Below, piece after piece: positions 9,656 through 18,171 of a stretch of DNA of 64,000 bases; within the stretch, counting starts at the first letter, position 1; each line of letters starts with the position of its first letter. The stretch is from IMG/VR virus record IMGVR_UViG_3300037312_000412, positions 4,466 through 68,465 of that record; one strand, 5' to 3'. A model generated the notes under the pieces. The model saw only the letters and a list, made by a program, of their open reading frames with translations, was not told the DNA's origin and did no database searches. The position numbers and the translations under genes are program-made. The stretch comes from a virus (lineage: Duplodnaviria > Caudoviricetes).

Positions 9656-12561
9656 TGCACATTTTCATCGCCGGCTACGCCGGTCACTGCGGCGGAGCGG
9701 AAACCGAAACGCTGCATCTCTGTGATGCGTTTGTGAAAGCTGGCATCACTCCCCATCTGGTCCCGCTCGGCGAGCCGGATAAGGAGTGGCGAGAACAGAC
9801 CGACGCCATCGGCTGCATCACGCACAGATACTCGCCCGACATCTTCGCGGGGCAAGTCGTGCTTAATCTCTGCAACGGCGACCATCTGCGGAAGCTCCCA
9901 GAGATTTACGCCAACGGTCCACCGAAGGCGTACATTTTCGGGGACTGCATGGCGCGTCAGGTCTACGGGCAGGACGCACATCGCGCGGGACATATTACGC
10001 ACTTCCTGTTTCAGTCGCAGTACCAGCGGAATAATCACCTGCCAGAGTTGGAGAAAATCGCCCCGGTGACGGAGTTGACCGGCTACCGCCCGTATTTCTC
10101 GTGGCAACGGGGCACTGAGGATGGACTGTGGGCTCCCGGCTGTCCCTGCAACAAGCTAGATGGCACGTTCAACGTCGGGCGACTGTCGCGCGATGACTAC
10201 TACAAGTTCCCGGATGCGTTCTGGAAAAACTGGCAGGAGATCCGCGCAGAGAAGCCGGTCCATTTCTGGGTTCTGGGTTATGGGCAGAACGCCCGGAATC
10301 GCTGCGGCGAGCCCCCGAGCGGCGACACGTTCCACGTCTACCCCGCGTACGCGATGCCCGCGGCGGATTTCGTCTCCCGGCTCGATGTGCTGATCCATAC
10401 CACAGGCGGCAGCGGCGAGAACTGGCCGCGGGTGCTGTTCGAGGCGTGGGCAAGCGGCGTGGTGCCGATTTTCGAGCGCGACACAGGCGCATCGGAGATT
10501 ATCACCGACGGTGTTGACGGGTTTCTCGTCCGCTCTGGGGACGAAGCCGCAGAGCGTGCCTCGCAAATTGCACAGGATGACGCCCTACGCACACGGCTGG
10601 TCAAAGCCGGATATGAGACGCTACTCCGCGAGCACTGCAGCGTGGAACGCAGCGTGGGGCCGTTCCTGCCGTTGCTGGAGGGTTGCCCGGAGGTAACGGC
10701 GGACCCGATGCCGAAGCGTGGAACGCTCGATGTGTCCCGTATTCGCGCCATCAACGACTCTCAGAACGCGATTGTGCAGAAATCGACGCGGTTCATGGTG
10801 GCGCAGTGGCACATCGCGGACGGCAAGGTGCATCTCGACCGGCACACGCACGACTTCCCTAAAGAGGACATGGCGAGGGCGCTCGCGATGCTGTCGGCTG
10901 ACTTGGGGCAGCCCGCTCCCGCCCCTGAGAAACGAGACGGGCAAATCAAGAATCTCTGCATCTGCCACTGGGGCCACTCCCGCAGCGTCTGTCTCGCGCG
11001 TCTGCTCCACGGGAAGGGACAGGCGGCGGTTGCCATCGGGTTCGCCTCAAGCGGCGGCGCAATCGCCCCGCTGAGCGCATGGGCGGATCGGATCTTCGTC
11101 CTACAGGCGGATTATGCGAAGTATGTGCCTGCCGAGCATGCGGCAAAAGTCGTCGTGATGGATGTCGGACCCGATGTGTGGGCGAATCCGTACAACGCTG
11201 ATCTGCGGGCGAAGCTGGAGGGGATGTACGCGGCGTGGGAGCAGTCTCAGTTACCCCGCAAGCTCACCATCGCCTGCCAGACGTTCCCCGGAAGTCCCAT
11301 GCCGGAAGTCTGCCGCGAAACGTGGATCCCACGCGCCCGCGAACTCGGTATTGAGGTGCTGTTCTATTCTGGCGGAGGAGAAGGACAGGATGGCGATACC
11401 TGCTCCTTCCCTGTCCGCACCGACTATGGAGGCCACACTGAACGCACGAACGCACTGCTGCAGTGGTTCTCCCAGACGCATCCGAACACCTGGCTGTTTG
11501 ACGGCGACGACGACACGCTTGTGGCTCCCGAGCGTATGCTGGCGTACCTGGAGACCGCAGAGGAGTACTGCGGCTGGGACCTCGGCGCGTACGGCTCCGG
11601 CGGCGCGGGTGTGCTGCTCAGCCCGCGCGCCGTTCGGATTCTCGCGGACAATCCGCTCCCTGATCCGAGCGGATGGGATGACATCCAGATTGGCGAAGTG
11701 CTCCGAGCGCACGGAATCAACCTGACGCACGACGAACGCTTCCGCCCGTGGTGCAACAGCGACCCAAACGACGGCAACGAACCGGGACCGCAGAACGCCT
11801 ACATTACCGGACACTGCAAAACGCCCGCGCGAGATCCGTACCCGCACCGTATCGCTCTAATGCGGAAGGCGTGGGCGGATCTGACGAACCGTAAACTGAC
11901 GATTGGTGTGATGACCTTCCCTGGCAGTCCTCTCGCAAACGCCTGCCGAGAGACCTGGGTGCCTCGCGCGCGCGAGTTGGGCGTCGAAGTGCTGTTCTAC
12001 AGTGGCTCAAAGAAGCCCTGCTGCGGTCAACCGTGGGAGACGAGACAGGAAGGCGACTTGCTCCAGTTCGCGGCCGAGCCCGACTACGCGCACAGTTGCG
12101 ACCGAATGGAGGCGTTCGCTCAATGGATGTCGCAGAATCGTCCCGGCCATTGGCTGCTGGGCGTGGATGATGACACGCTCGTTTTGCCTGATCGACTCTT
12201 GGCGATGCTGCCGAGCGTGGGCGAATACGTCGGCTGGGGCTGCGATGCCAATCACCGGATCGGACACGGCGGCGCGGGCTACATTCTCTCGCCGCAGGCT
12301 GTTGCGCTCATCGCGGAAAAGGGGCTCCCGCCGACAGGGCATCACGACATCGAAATCGGCAATGTGATGTACGACAGTGGCGTGGTGTTCACGCACGATA
12401 CGCGGTTTCGCCCGCATCGTAATTCGGTGCCTGGGGACGATAACGAGCCGACGCGAAAGAACGGATACGTGACGTGTCACTGCAAGTCGGGGGCAATTGG
12501 AGATGATCCGCACGCCGACAGAATCAGGCTGATGCGGCGGATCTGGGCGGAGGTGGCGTGA
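9655..12561 (+). CDS. Multidomain glycosyltransferase: GT-B (GT4-like) + CX5R phosphatase-like + two Fringe/GT31-like domains
   Basis: GGAETE; ENWPRVLFEAWASGV.PI..ITDGVDGFLV; CHWGHSRS at 10963-10986; tandem RKLTI..TFPGSP..CRETW.PRARELG repeats at 11257 and 11890, each with DDDT and GGAG..LS. Confidence 0.85.
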   Translation: MHIFIAGYAGHCGGAETETLHLCDAFVKAGITPHLVPLGEPDKEWREQTDAIGCITHRYSPDIFAGQVVLNLCNGDHLRKLPEIYANGPPKAYIFGDCMARQVYGQDAHRAGHITHFLFQSQYQRNNHLPELEKIAPVTELTGYRPYFSWQRGTEDGLWAPGCPCNKLDGTFNVGRLSRDDYYKFPDAFWKNWQEIRAEKPVHFWVLGYGQNARNRCGEPPSGDTFHVYPAYAMPAADFVSRLDVLIHTTGGSGENWPRVLFEAWASGVVPIFERDTGASEIITDGVDGFLVRSGDEAAERASQIAQDDALRTRLVKAGYETLLREHCSVERSVGPFLPLLEGCPEVTADPMPKRGTLDVSRIRAINDSQNAIVQKSTRFMVAQWHIADGKVHLDRHTHDFPKEDMARALAMLSADLGQPAPAPEKRDGQIKNLCICHWGHSRSVCLARLLHGKGQAAVAIGFASSGGAIAPLSAWADRIFVLQADYAKYVPAEHAAKVVVMDVGPDVWANPYNADLRAKLEGMYAAWEQSQLPRKLTIACQTFPGSPMPEVCRETWIPRARELGIEVLFYSGGGEGQDGDTCSFPVRTDYGGHTERTNALLQWFSQTHPNTWLFDGDDDTLVAPERMLAYLETAEEYCGWDLGAYGSGGAGVLLSPRAVRILADNPLPDPSGWDDIQIGEVLRAHGINLTHDERFRPWCNSDPNDGNEPGPQNAYITGHCKTPARDPYPHRIALMRKAWADLTNRKLTIGVMTFPGSPLANACRETWVPRARELGVEVLFYSGSKKPCCGQPWETRQEGDLLQFAAEPDYAHSCDRMEAFAQWMSQNRPGHWLLGVDDDTLVLPDRLLAMLPSVGEYVGWGCDANHRIGHGGAGYILSPQAVALIAEKGLPPTGHHDIEIGNVMYDSGVVFTHDTRFRPHRNSVPGDDNEPTRKNGYVTCHCKSGAIGDDPHADRIRLMRRIWAEVA

Positions 12562-13829
12562 TGGGACGCGGGCGCGGGAGATGCTGCTGCGGTTGCGCTA
12601 TCGACTATTACGACTTGATCGTATTCGGAGGTGCCTACAAGTCGAATTCGGACGGCACGTTCAGCGCTGCTGCTGGGTTTATGCCGCCGACTGGAATCGA
12701 CTTTGACGACGATGGACCGAATGGCGGCGACTATCGCAACGACGACAACTTCTTTCTGATCCGCAGGCCCACGAAATACTTGCTACCCTCGTACTACGGC
12801 ACATTTCAGCTCTATCAGGCCTGTTCGAGCGCTCCGACGTTCATCAACTCGCCTCAGCAACCGACAGGCGTTGGCGGCCTCGGTTTCGTGCCTGGGGTCG
12901 GCGCGTTCTCGCAGGGACCGATCGGGTACATCTGCAATTACACCTACGAGACAAACACTTCGAACGTCTACTCGGTGTCGTCTTCGGGCTGCACGATGAT
13001 CGCTCAGATGCCGTCGAGCACGGGCTACCCGATGTGCTGGAGCGGTGACGATTTCATGGCGGTCTGCCCACCGTCAGGTTCGCTCACTGGTGGCAGCGCG
13101 ACATCAACCGACAACATCGCGTACACATTCGACGGATCGACCTTCACAGCCCAGACAACTGGCAGTATTCCGTTGCCCGCAGACAGCGGCGGCGGCTACG
13201 CATCGATCTACAGAATCTTCGGTCCGTACAGTAGCAGTATAAGCCAGATCGGCGGATCTGGAGGGGGGATCTTTGCCTGGAACGGGAGCACGCTCGGGTT
13301 TTGGCTCCTGGCCTCGGGGACAGGCGGCGGTGCAGACGGCTTCGTGACGATGCAGAGAACCGGAAACGACCTATCGGCAGGGACAGCTTTCGCGCTGACT
13401 GTGGCGAACGACAGTATCGCATCGGATTCTCTCGCGGACTCCGCCGGAGCATTTGCGATCAGTCCAGACGGGAGCATTATTGCATTTTCTGCGAGTTCAT
13501 CGGATGCAGGCACCTTCAATCCGCTTTATCCGCCTCGCGATGGCGGCGGCAGGAGTCGCCGCAATCGAATCCACATCTACAAAAACGGCACCCTCACCGC
13601 AAACGTTCTGCCGGCGAACGCGATCAGCGATTCTCTGATCTACCAGATGAGCATCAGCGACGACGGAAAGGCGCTTGTCGCCTGTTCTGAAACAGCCAGC
13701 GGGAGCATTCCGAACCCCGGAAATACCACCACCTACAAAATCAACAGCGACGGCAGCCTGACGCAGTTGGATCAGAAGGGGCCGGGGCGAGTCGCGTTCT
13801 TTTCTCACCAGTACCGCTGCCCGGTGTGA
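12558..13829 (+). CDS. Putative receptor-binding tail protein (beta-propeller-like) with an N-terminal CCCGC motif
   Basis: GTGA overlap; AISPDGSIIAF and MSISDDGKALV blade motifs; Gly/Ser-rich. Confidence 0.6.
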   Translation: MMGRGRGRCCCGCAIDYYDLIVFGGAYKSNSDGTFSAAAGFMPPTGIDFDDDGPNGGDYRNDDNFFLIRRPTKYLLPSYYGTFQLYQACSSAPTFINSPQQPTGVGGLGFVPGVGAFSQGPIGYICNYTYETNTSNVYSVSSSGCTMIAQMPSSTGYPMCWSGDDFMAVCPPSGSLTGGSATSTDNIAYTFDGSTFTAQTTGSIPLPADSGGGYASIYRIFGPYSSSISQIGGSGGGIFAWNGSTLGFWLLASGTGGGADGFVTMQRTGNDLSAGTAFALTVANDSIASDSLADSAGAFAISPDGSIIAFSASSSDAGTFNPLYPPRDGGGRSRRNRIHIYKNGTLTANVLPANAISDSLIYQMSISDDGKALVACSETASGSIPNPGNTTTYKINSDGSLTQLDQKGPGRVAFFSHQYRCPV

Positions 13830-14080
13830 CGATGGATCTGCCGCCATTCAGAACCCGGATCGTCAACTTTTTTAGGACATTCGTCGCGCACGTCGGGAAC
13901 GACATGCGGATCGTGCCTCAAGAGAAGTTGGAGGAGCGGCTTTCCATCTGCGAGACAAACGCTTGCGGCCACTTCACGGGAACGCACTGCGCTCAATGCG
14001 GATGCCCAGCGAACAGCGAAAGCGTGTTCTTCAACAAGGTCGCGTGGGAGTCCAGCAAGTGCCCTGATGGCCGCTGGTGA
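13826..14080 (+). CDS. Small Cys-rich protein ending the tail operon
   Basis: RLSIC...C......CAQCGC........K......CPDGRW pattern. Confidence 0.7.
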   Translation: MTMDLPPFRTRIVNFFRTFVAHVGNDMRIVPQEKLEERLSICETNACGHFTGTHCAQCGCPANSESVFFNKVAWESSKCPDGRW

Positions 14081-14081
14081 C

Positions 14082-15719
14082 TCACTCGACGAAGCTGTGA
14101 AGGATCGTCAGATCTCGCATCGACTGCGTCGGCACGTCGTAGTACCGGATATGAATGGCTATCGCCTTCATGTCGTGCCAGTCGTCAGAGCCGGGCCAGC
14201 CCGCTTCTCCTGCGTCGTCGATGCCGTTGATCTTGTCGTCATCGATCCCAGCAACCCCTGGCTGACCATCAATTCCGGTGTCGAAGTTTCGGAACGGGGC
14301 CACATCCACCGAGGCGTCAGCGGTCCATGTGTCGTAGACGTTTTTGTTGTAGCCCGCGGCGGTGTTCGGGTTGTTGTTGCCATAGTTCACGCTCTGGGAC
14401 GTGAGATACTTCGAGGCGTTCGTGCCGCCAATGTCCACGAACATCCCGGTCATCCCTGTGATCGGGTTGGTGGCCCAGTCGTCCCAAACCTTGATGTCGA
14501 ACTCGTGGACGTTCGTCGCCAGCAGATCGTGAGAGACGCGAGTCCCGTTGAATTGATTGCCGTTGATCGTGGCGAAGCCGTTGGCGTTGACGGCAGTCGT
14601 CGAGGCGGTCAATGGGCAGGTGTCGTCTCCGGTGTAATAAACGCCATCCGGTCCGTATCCCGGAGAGCCCGGCCAACTGAATCCAGGGTCGCTCGTCTCC
14701 ATCTGCGTGAAGCGGCCGATGTAGCTCTGATCGGCGGTATACTCCATTGAGTGCGGAATCACACTGGATGTTCCGGGCGCGAAGCCCCAGCGATTCTGCG
14801 GCTGCCCCATGCTCATCGGTCGGCCGTTGAAGTTATCGAGAGCGCCGCTCTGAACACCCACAAACCGGAGTCCGCCGCTCCATGTCGCCGAATAGTCGAA
14901 GTCACCCCAAAAACTCGCATTAGCGAAGCCGAAGCCATTCGACAGCGGGTTATCCGTGTTCGATGGGGACGACGGGTTCCAGATCATGCCGGCGGTGTAA
15001 ACCGTCGCGTTGGGGATCAACGCCGTTCCATCTGGCCGAAGCGGCTGGTCGTCGGATTTCGTGCCATCAATCGGCTGCCGGATCAGCATCTGTCGGCGGT
15101 AGAGATTGCCGTTCCGAAGGAAGTAGGCGATCTCGGCGTAGCCCGATGTTCCGGTCTGGTCCGAGGTGAGAGCGCCGGTTGAATACCGCCCGGCCTGATC
15201 GTCGAACACCGGCTGATCCGGATTGTGCTGCAACAGGTCGCGGGCGCTGGTGTCGTTTGGCGGGGAAAATGGACCGTTGTCGGAGCCGAACTGGAGCGCG
15301 CGTCCGTAGAATGTCGGCGTTTCGAAATTGTTCGAGGCGTTACTCGCGTCAACCGTAAACTGGATCATGTCATCGATCTGGTCGTTCGGGTTGTTCTCGG
15401 CGATATAGACGTAGCCGCGGGCGTACGATGCCATCAACGGGGACTTGCTTGGGGTCTTGTCGCTCGACGCGAGTGCCCGAATTCCGAACTCGCCGTGAAT
15501 CTGCCGGTAGCTGCGGCTGCTCAGATCTCCCCGGATCAGGATGTTGAGCATGCGGGCTTTCTGGTCGTTCTCCGCGACGCCCTTCATCTTCGACATGCTC
15601 TTGGTGGCAATCGAAAACACTTCTCCGAACATCGCCAACATCAGGCAGACGAGGGCAACGGCGACGAGCATTTCGACCAGGGTGAAGCCCGAACGGCGAT
15701 TTGGGGCGTGTTTCTTCAC
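14082..15719 (-). CDS. Prepilin-type N-terminal cleavage/methylation protein (type IV minor pilin/GspJ-like), 545 aa
   Basis: GTG start after AGGAG; MKKHAPNRRSG|FTLVEMLVAVALV class III signal; EIAYFLRNGNLYRRQMLIR; DGQPGVAGIDDD..GIDD acidic loop; C-terminal RDLTILHSF. Confidence 0.92.
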   Translation of the reverse strand: MKKHAPNRRSGFTLVEMLVAVALVCLMLAMFGEVFSIATKSMSKMKGVAENDQKARMLNILIRGDLSSRSYRQIHGEFGIRALASSDKTPSKSPLMASYARGYVYIAENNPNDQIDDMIQFTVDASNASNNFETPTFYGRALQFGSDNGPFSPPNDTSARDLLQHNPDQPVFDDQAGRYSTGALTSDQTGTSGYAEIAYFLRNGNLYRRQMLIRQPIDGTKSDDQPLRPDGTALIPNATVYTAGMIWNPSSPSNTDNPLSNGFGFANASFWGDFDYSATWSGGLRFVGVQSGALDNFNGRPMSMGQPQNRWGFAPGTSSVIPHSMEYTADQSYIGRFTQMETSDPGFSWPGSPGYGPDGVYYTGDDTCPLTASTTAVNANGFATINGNQFNGTRVSHDLLATNVHEFDIKVWDDWATNPITGMTGMFVDIGGTNASKYLTSQSVNYGNNNPNTAAGYNKNVYDTWTADASVDVAPFRNFDTGIDGQPGVAGIDDDKINGIDDAGEAGWPGSDDWHDMKAIAIHIRYYDVPTQSMRDLTILHSFVE

Positions 15720-16027
15720 GGCGAATCTCCTACTTGGATCCCAGCCCGTCTGCTGTAAGTCCCAACCTGCGTCCCGCCCATCATCAACCGGATTTCCCCA
15801 TCGCCAGCGGCTGCCCGCAACTCTGGCTCGATTCGGTGGAAGTCGCTCGCCCAAACGCTCAGAGAGCCAGTATCGGTGAAGTTCTGAACGTGCCCGGTTG
15901 CTGCAGCTCGCTCCAGCGCCGACAGGTCGCGCGGACTGGTATCGGCTCGCGGCTTCATGGCAACCCAGATCGCAGCCACGATACAGGTCATCACCGCCAG
16001 AATCGAGACGACGGCGCGGCTACTCAC
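15716..16027 (-). CDS. Small membrane-anchored protein coupled to the pilin gene
   Basis: N-terminal hydrophobic segment; GTGA overlap with the pilin start. Confidence 0.7.
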   Translation of the reverse strand: MSSRAVVSILAVMTCIVAAIWVAMKPRADTSPRDLSALERAAATGHVQNFTDTGSLSVWASDFHRIEPELRAAAGDGEIRLMMGGTQVGTYSRRAGIQVGDSP

Positions 16028-16184
16028 GGCTCAGATCCTCAAGCATCTCCACGAGCGCCCCCTTGAGAGCGGACCGCTCTTCGAAGGGAAGCTCTTTGCT
16101 CCGGATGACCTTGAGATACCGGCGGACCACGCCCTTCAACGTCAACAGTTCCTGCTCGACTGATTCCATCAGCACTGCCGTCAT
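16020..16184 (-). CDS. Small helical hypothetical protein
   Basis: MTAVLMESVEQ...; 8-nt overlap with the next gene. Confidence 0.55.
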   Translation of the reverse strand: MTAVLMESVEQELLTLKGVVRRYLKVIRSKELPFEERSALKGALVEMLEDLSRE

Positions 16185-16380
16185 GATTTCGACCCCACGA
16201 AACACCGAAACCCGCGCATCCTGGGGCAAGCAGAAATGCCGGGCCGGTGCCGGACGAAACGTCCGTGTTTCAGTATTTCCTGCCCGCCTTGCCCGCGGGC
16301 ACTGTTCAGCGTACCGAGATTCAGCAACGAGTGCCAATATTGGCTGGATCAACCAGTTACGAAAACGTAACAAAACCCAG

Positions 16381-16408
16381 TTGACATGCGTTCAGTACCG
16401 CGTATAGT
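16381..16408 (+). promoter_or_regulatory. Sigma70-like promoter TTGACA-N16-TATAGT
   Basis: Near-consensus hexamers read directly from the sequence. Confidence 0.7.
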
Positions 16409-16534
16409 AAGCCCATCGCACGAACGCGCCACGTCCCATTGACGGGATTCCGCCATTGTCAGCCAGAGTGCTGCCACGCCACACGCGGGTGTATCCGGGT
16501 GTCCACGAGCAGGTAGAGGCGAGATGTCTCCCTG

Positions 16535-16723
16535 TCACACCCTTGGCGGCTTCCCGCGCCCCCGTACCTCGCTGAGCTGCCGTTTCGAACCGCGCCGTTT
16601 CAGGAGCTGTAGGTATCCAGCGCGGATCAGGTCTGCTTCGGTCTCGCCGGGCTTGAGGTGTGCGGCGATTTCCTCGCGGTGGTCGTCGGGGATTACGAGG
16701 CGGATGCTCGGGGTGATGGGCAT
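16535..16723 (-). CDS. Ribbon-helix-helix-like DNA-binding protein with a basic RGKPP tail (paralogue A)
   Basis: AAGGAG RBS; SIRLVIP..LKPGETEADLIRAG..LKRRG. Confidence 0.75.
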   Translation of the reverse strand: MPITPSIRLVIPDDHREEIAAHLKPGETEADLIRAGYLQLLKRRGSKRQLSEVRGRGKPPRV

Positions 16724-16724
16724 G

Positions 16725-17096
16725 CTAGACTCCTTCGGCATCGCGGGCTTGCAACACCTCTTTCGGTTCCGCGAGCAGTTGGGCGCGAATCGCTTCGATA
16801 GTGTCGCGATTGGCCTCACCGCAATGGTCCGCCAAGATGTCGAGCATTCGGGCACGTTCGAAGACACGAGCTTCAAAATGCGGGTCGGCAGCGCAAATCT
16901 CGTCGCGGCTATCGCGCTGCAGCATGACGATTTGACCGTCCCGCGAGACGACACGCAGGCGAGGCAGTTTGCCGACTCCGTGAAACAGGATGAACCAATC
17001 GAACCCCAAGGATTCGACGGACTGGTTGACCATGTTTTGCCAGTAGGCCACCTGTGTCTGGTTGTCGCCGTCGCTGAGTTTCCACTGCATTTTCAA
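16725..17096 (-). CDS. Hypothetical protein
   Basis: GGAG RBS; downstream of the leftward promoter. Confidence 0.7.
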   Translation of the reverse strand: MKMQWKLSDGDNQTQVAYWQNMVNQSVESLGFDWFILFHGVGKLPRLRVVSRDGQIVMLQRDSRDEICAADPHFEARVFERARMLDILADHCGEANRDTIEAIRAQLLAEPKEVLQARDAEGV

Positions 17097-17143
17097 TCTC
17101 CCGGTTTGATTCCCGCAGGTCTCAGTTGCCCGCGTCTGGGTTT

Positions 17144-17171
17144 ATTATACACACAATATCGGCACCGTCAA
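17144..17171 (-). promoter_or_regulatory. Leftward promoter TTGACG-N16-TATAAT
   Basis: Consensus -10 on the minus strand; palindrome AATTATG-GA-CATAATT at 17175-17190 lies just upstream. Confidence 0.8.
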
Positions 17172-17283
17172 TGGAATTATGGACATAATTTCTGAAAACA
17201 CCAACCCCCGCGGGCGTATCGTCCCTCTGGCGAGTCTCCCGGTACGCTCGCGGGGTGTTTCCTAAAATCGCATACATTTTCTG

Positions 17284-17311
17284 TTGACGTGCCGTTAATG
17301 GTATGTACAAT
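17284..17311 (+). promoter_or_regulatory. Rightward promoter TTGACG-N16-TACAAT
   Basis: Near consensus; about 50 nt before the ORF at 17364. Confidence 0.8.
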
Positions 17312-17363
17312 ACGCTCCGACGCAGGCAACTGAGACCTGCGAACCGCAAACCGAGGGGTCAAC

Positions 17364-17741
17364 ATGAGCGAAGTTCGGATGAACGCCAAGGTCGGAGAGA
17401 TCGTAATCCGCTGGCACAAAGAGGATGAGGGCGTGGACTACCGCGCCATCGTTGATGCGGTTTCCGCCGCCTTGAAAGAGGTCTGCGAGCCACGAATCGT
17501 CGATGAGGAATCGGAAGTCGAGTACAAGGGCTGGAAGATTCGCAGGGTGCCGGGAAGTGAATTCAAGGGGCTGCGAGGTCGCACCAAGGATTGCTACGGC
17601 TGGATCGCGACTCACATCGAGACTGGGCATGAAGTGTCGTTCCCACCCGAGAGCGGCGATGACTGCCGGATGCGAATCGTGGAGCTTCAACTCGACACGG
17701 CGAACGAAGCTTACGAGACGCTTGGGAGGTTCCTGCGATGA
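17364..17741 (+). CDS. Hypothetical protein
   Basis: GAGG RBS; first gene after the promoter. Confidence 0.7.
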   Translation: MSEVRMNAKVGEIVIRWHKEDEGVDYRAIVDAVSAALKEVCEPRIVDEESEVEYKGWKIRRVPGSEFKGLRGRTKDCYGWIATHIETGHEVSFPPESGDDCRMRIVELQLDTANEAYETLGRFLR

Positions 17742-17959
17742 GGTACGTTGTCAGAATCAACGGCTCCAGATTCGTCACGGTCGAGGCCTTCGACGAAGCG
17801 GAAGAGGCGGCGAAGCAACTTGCGGAGTCAGCAGCGCCTCGCGACGTAATCACGGCCGACATTGCCCTTGAGGACGCAGGTCGTGGAGATCCGACGAACT
17901 GGAGATTTGAAGGCGGTCGCCTCGCGGCAACACGACGACGCGGAGATAGGATTCACTGA
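17738..17959 (+). CDS. Hypothetical protein
   Basis: ATGA coupling. Confidence 0.65.
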   Translation: MRYVVRINGSRFVTVEAFDEAEEAAKQLAESAAPRDVITADIALEDAGRGDPTNWRFEGGRLAATRRRGDRIH

Positions 17960-17961
17960 AC

Positions 17962-18171
17962 ATGAGCAAGCGCCGAGAATCCATCGTCCTGCCGCCGGAA
18001 TGGCTGGCGGCAGCGACCGCCGCCCTGAAAGACGGCGAGACCATCGCAGACCTGATCCGCGCCGGGATGAAGCGCGAACTCAAGCGCCGTGGCGTAGACG
18101 TGGCTGCCCTGCCGGACGTGGGAAAGAGGGGGAGACCACCTAAGGGCAACGGCAACATCTCGGCAGGATAA
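17962..18171 (+). CDS. Ribbon-helix-helix-like DNA-binding protein with an RGRP tail (paralogue B)
   Basis: ESIVLP..LKDGETIADLIRAG..LKRRG..KRGRPP; clear similarity to 16535-16723. Confidence 0.78.
   Translation: MSKRRESIVLPPEWLAAATAALKDGETIADLIRAGMKRELKRRGVDVAALPDVGKRGRPPKGNGNISAG

Noticed and set aside
12558-15719. Diversity-generating retroelement acting on the tail or pilin genes
   Set aside because: No reverse transcriptase motif and no template/variable repeat pair was seen in the window.
16524-17195. 223-aa plus-strand ORF after the 16381 promoter
   Set aside because: Entirely antisense to two better-supported genes and crosses their promoter; the composition is not protein-like.
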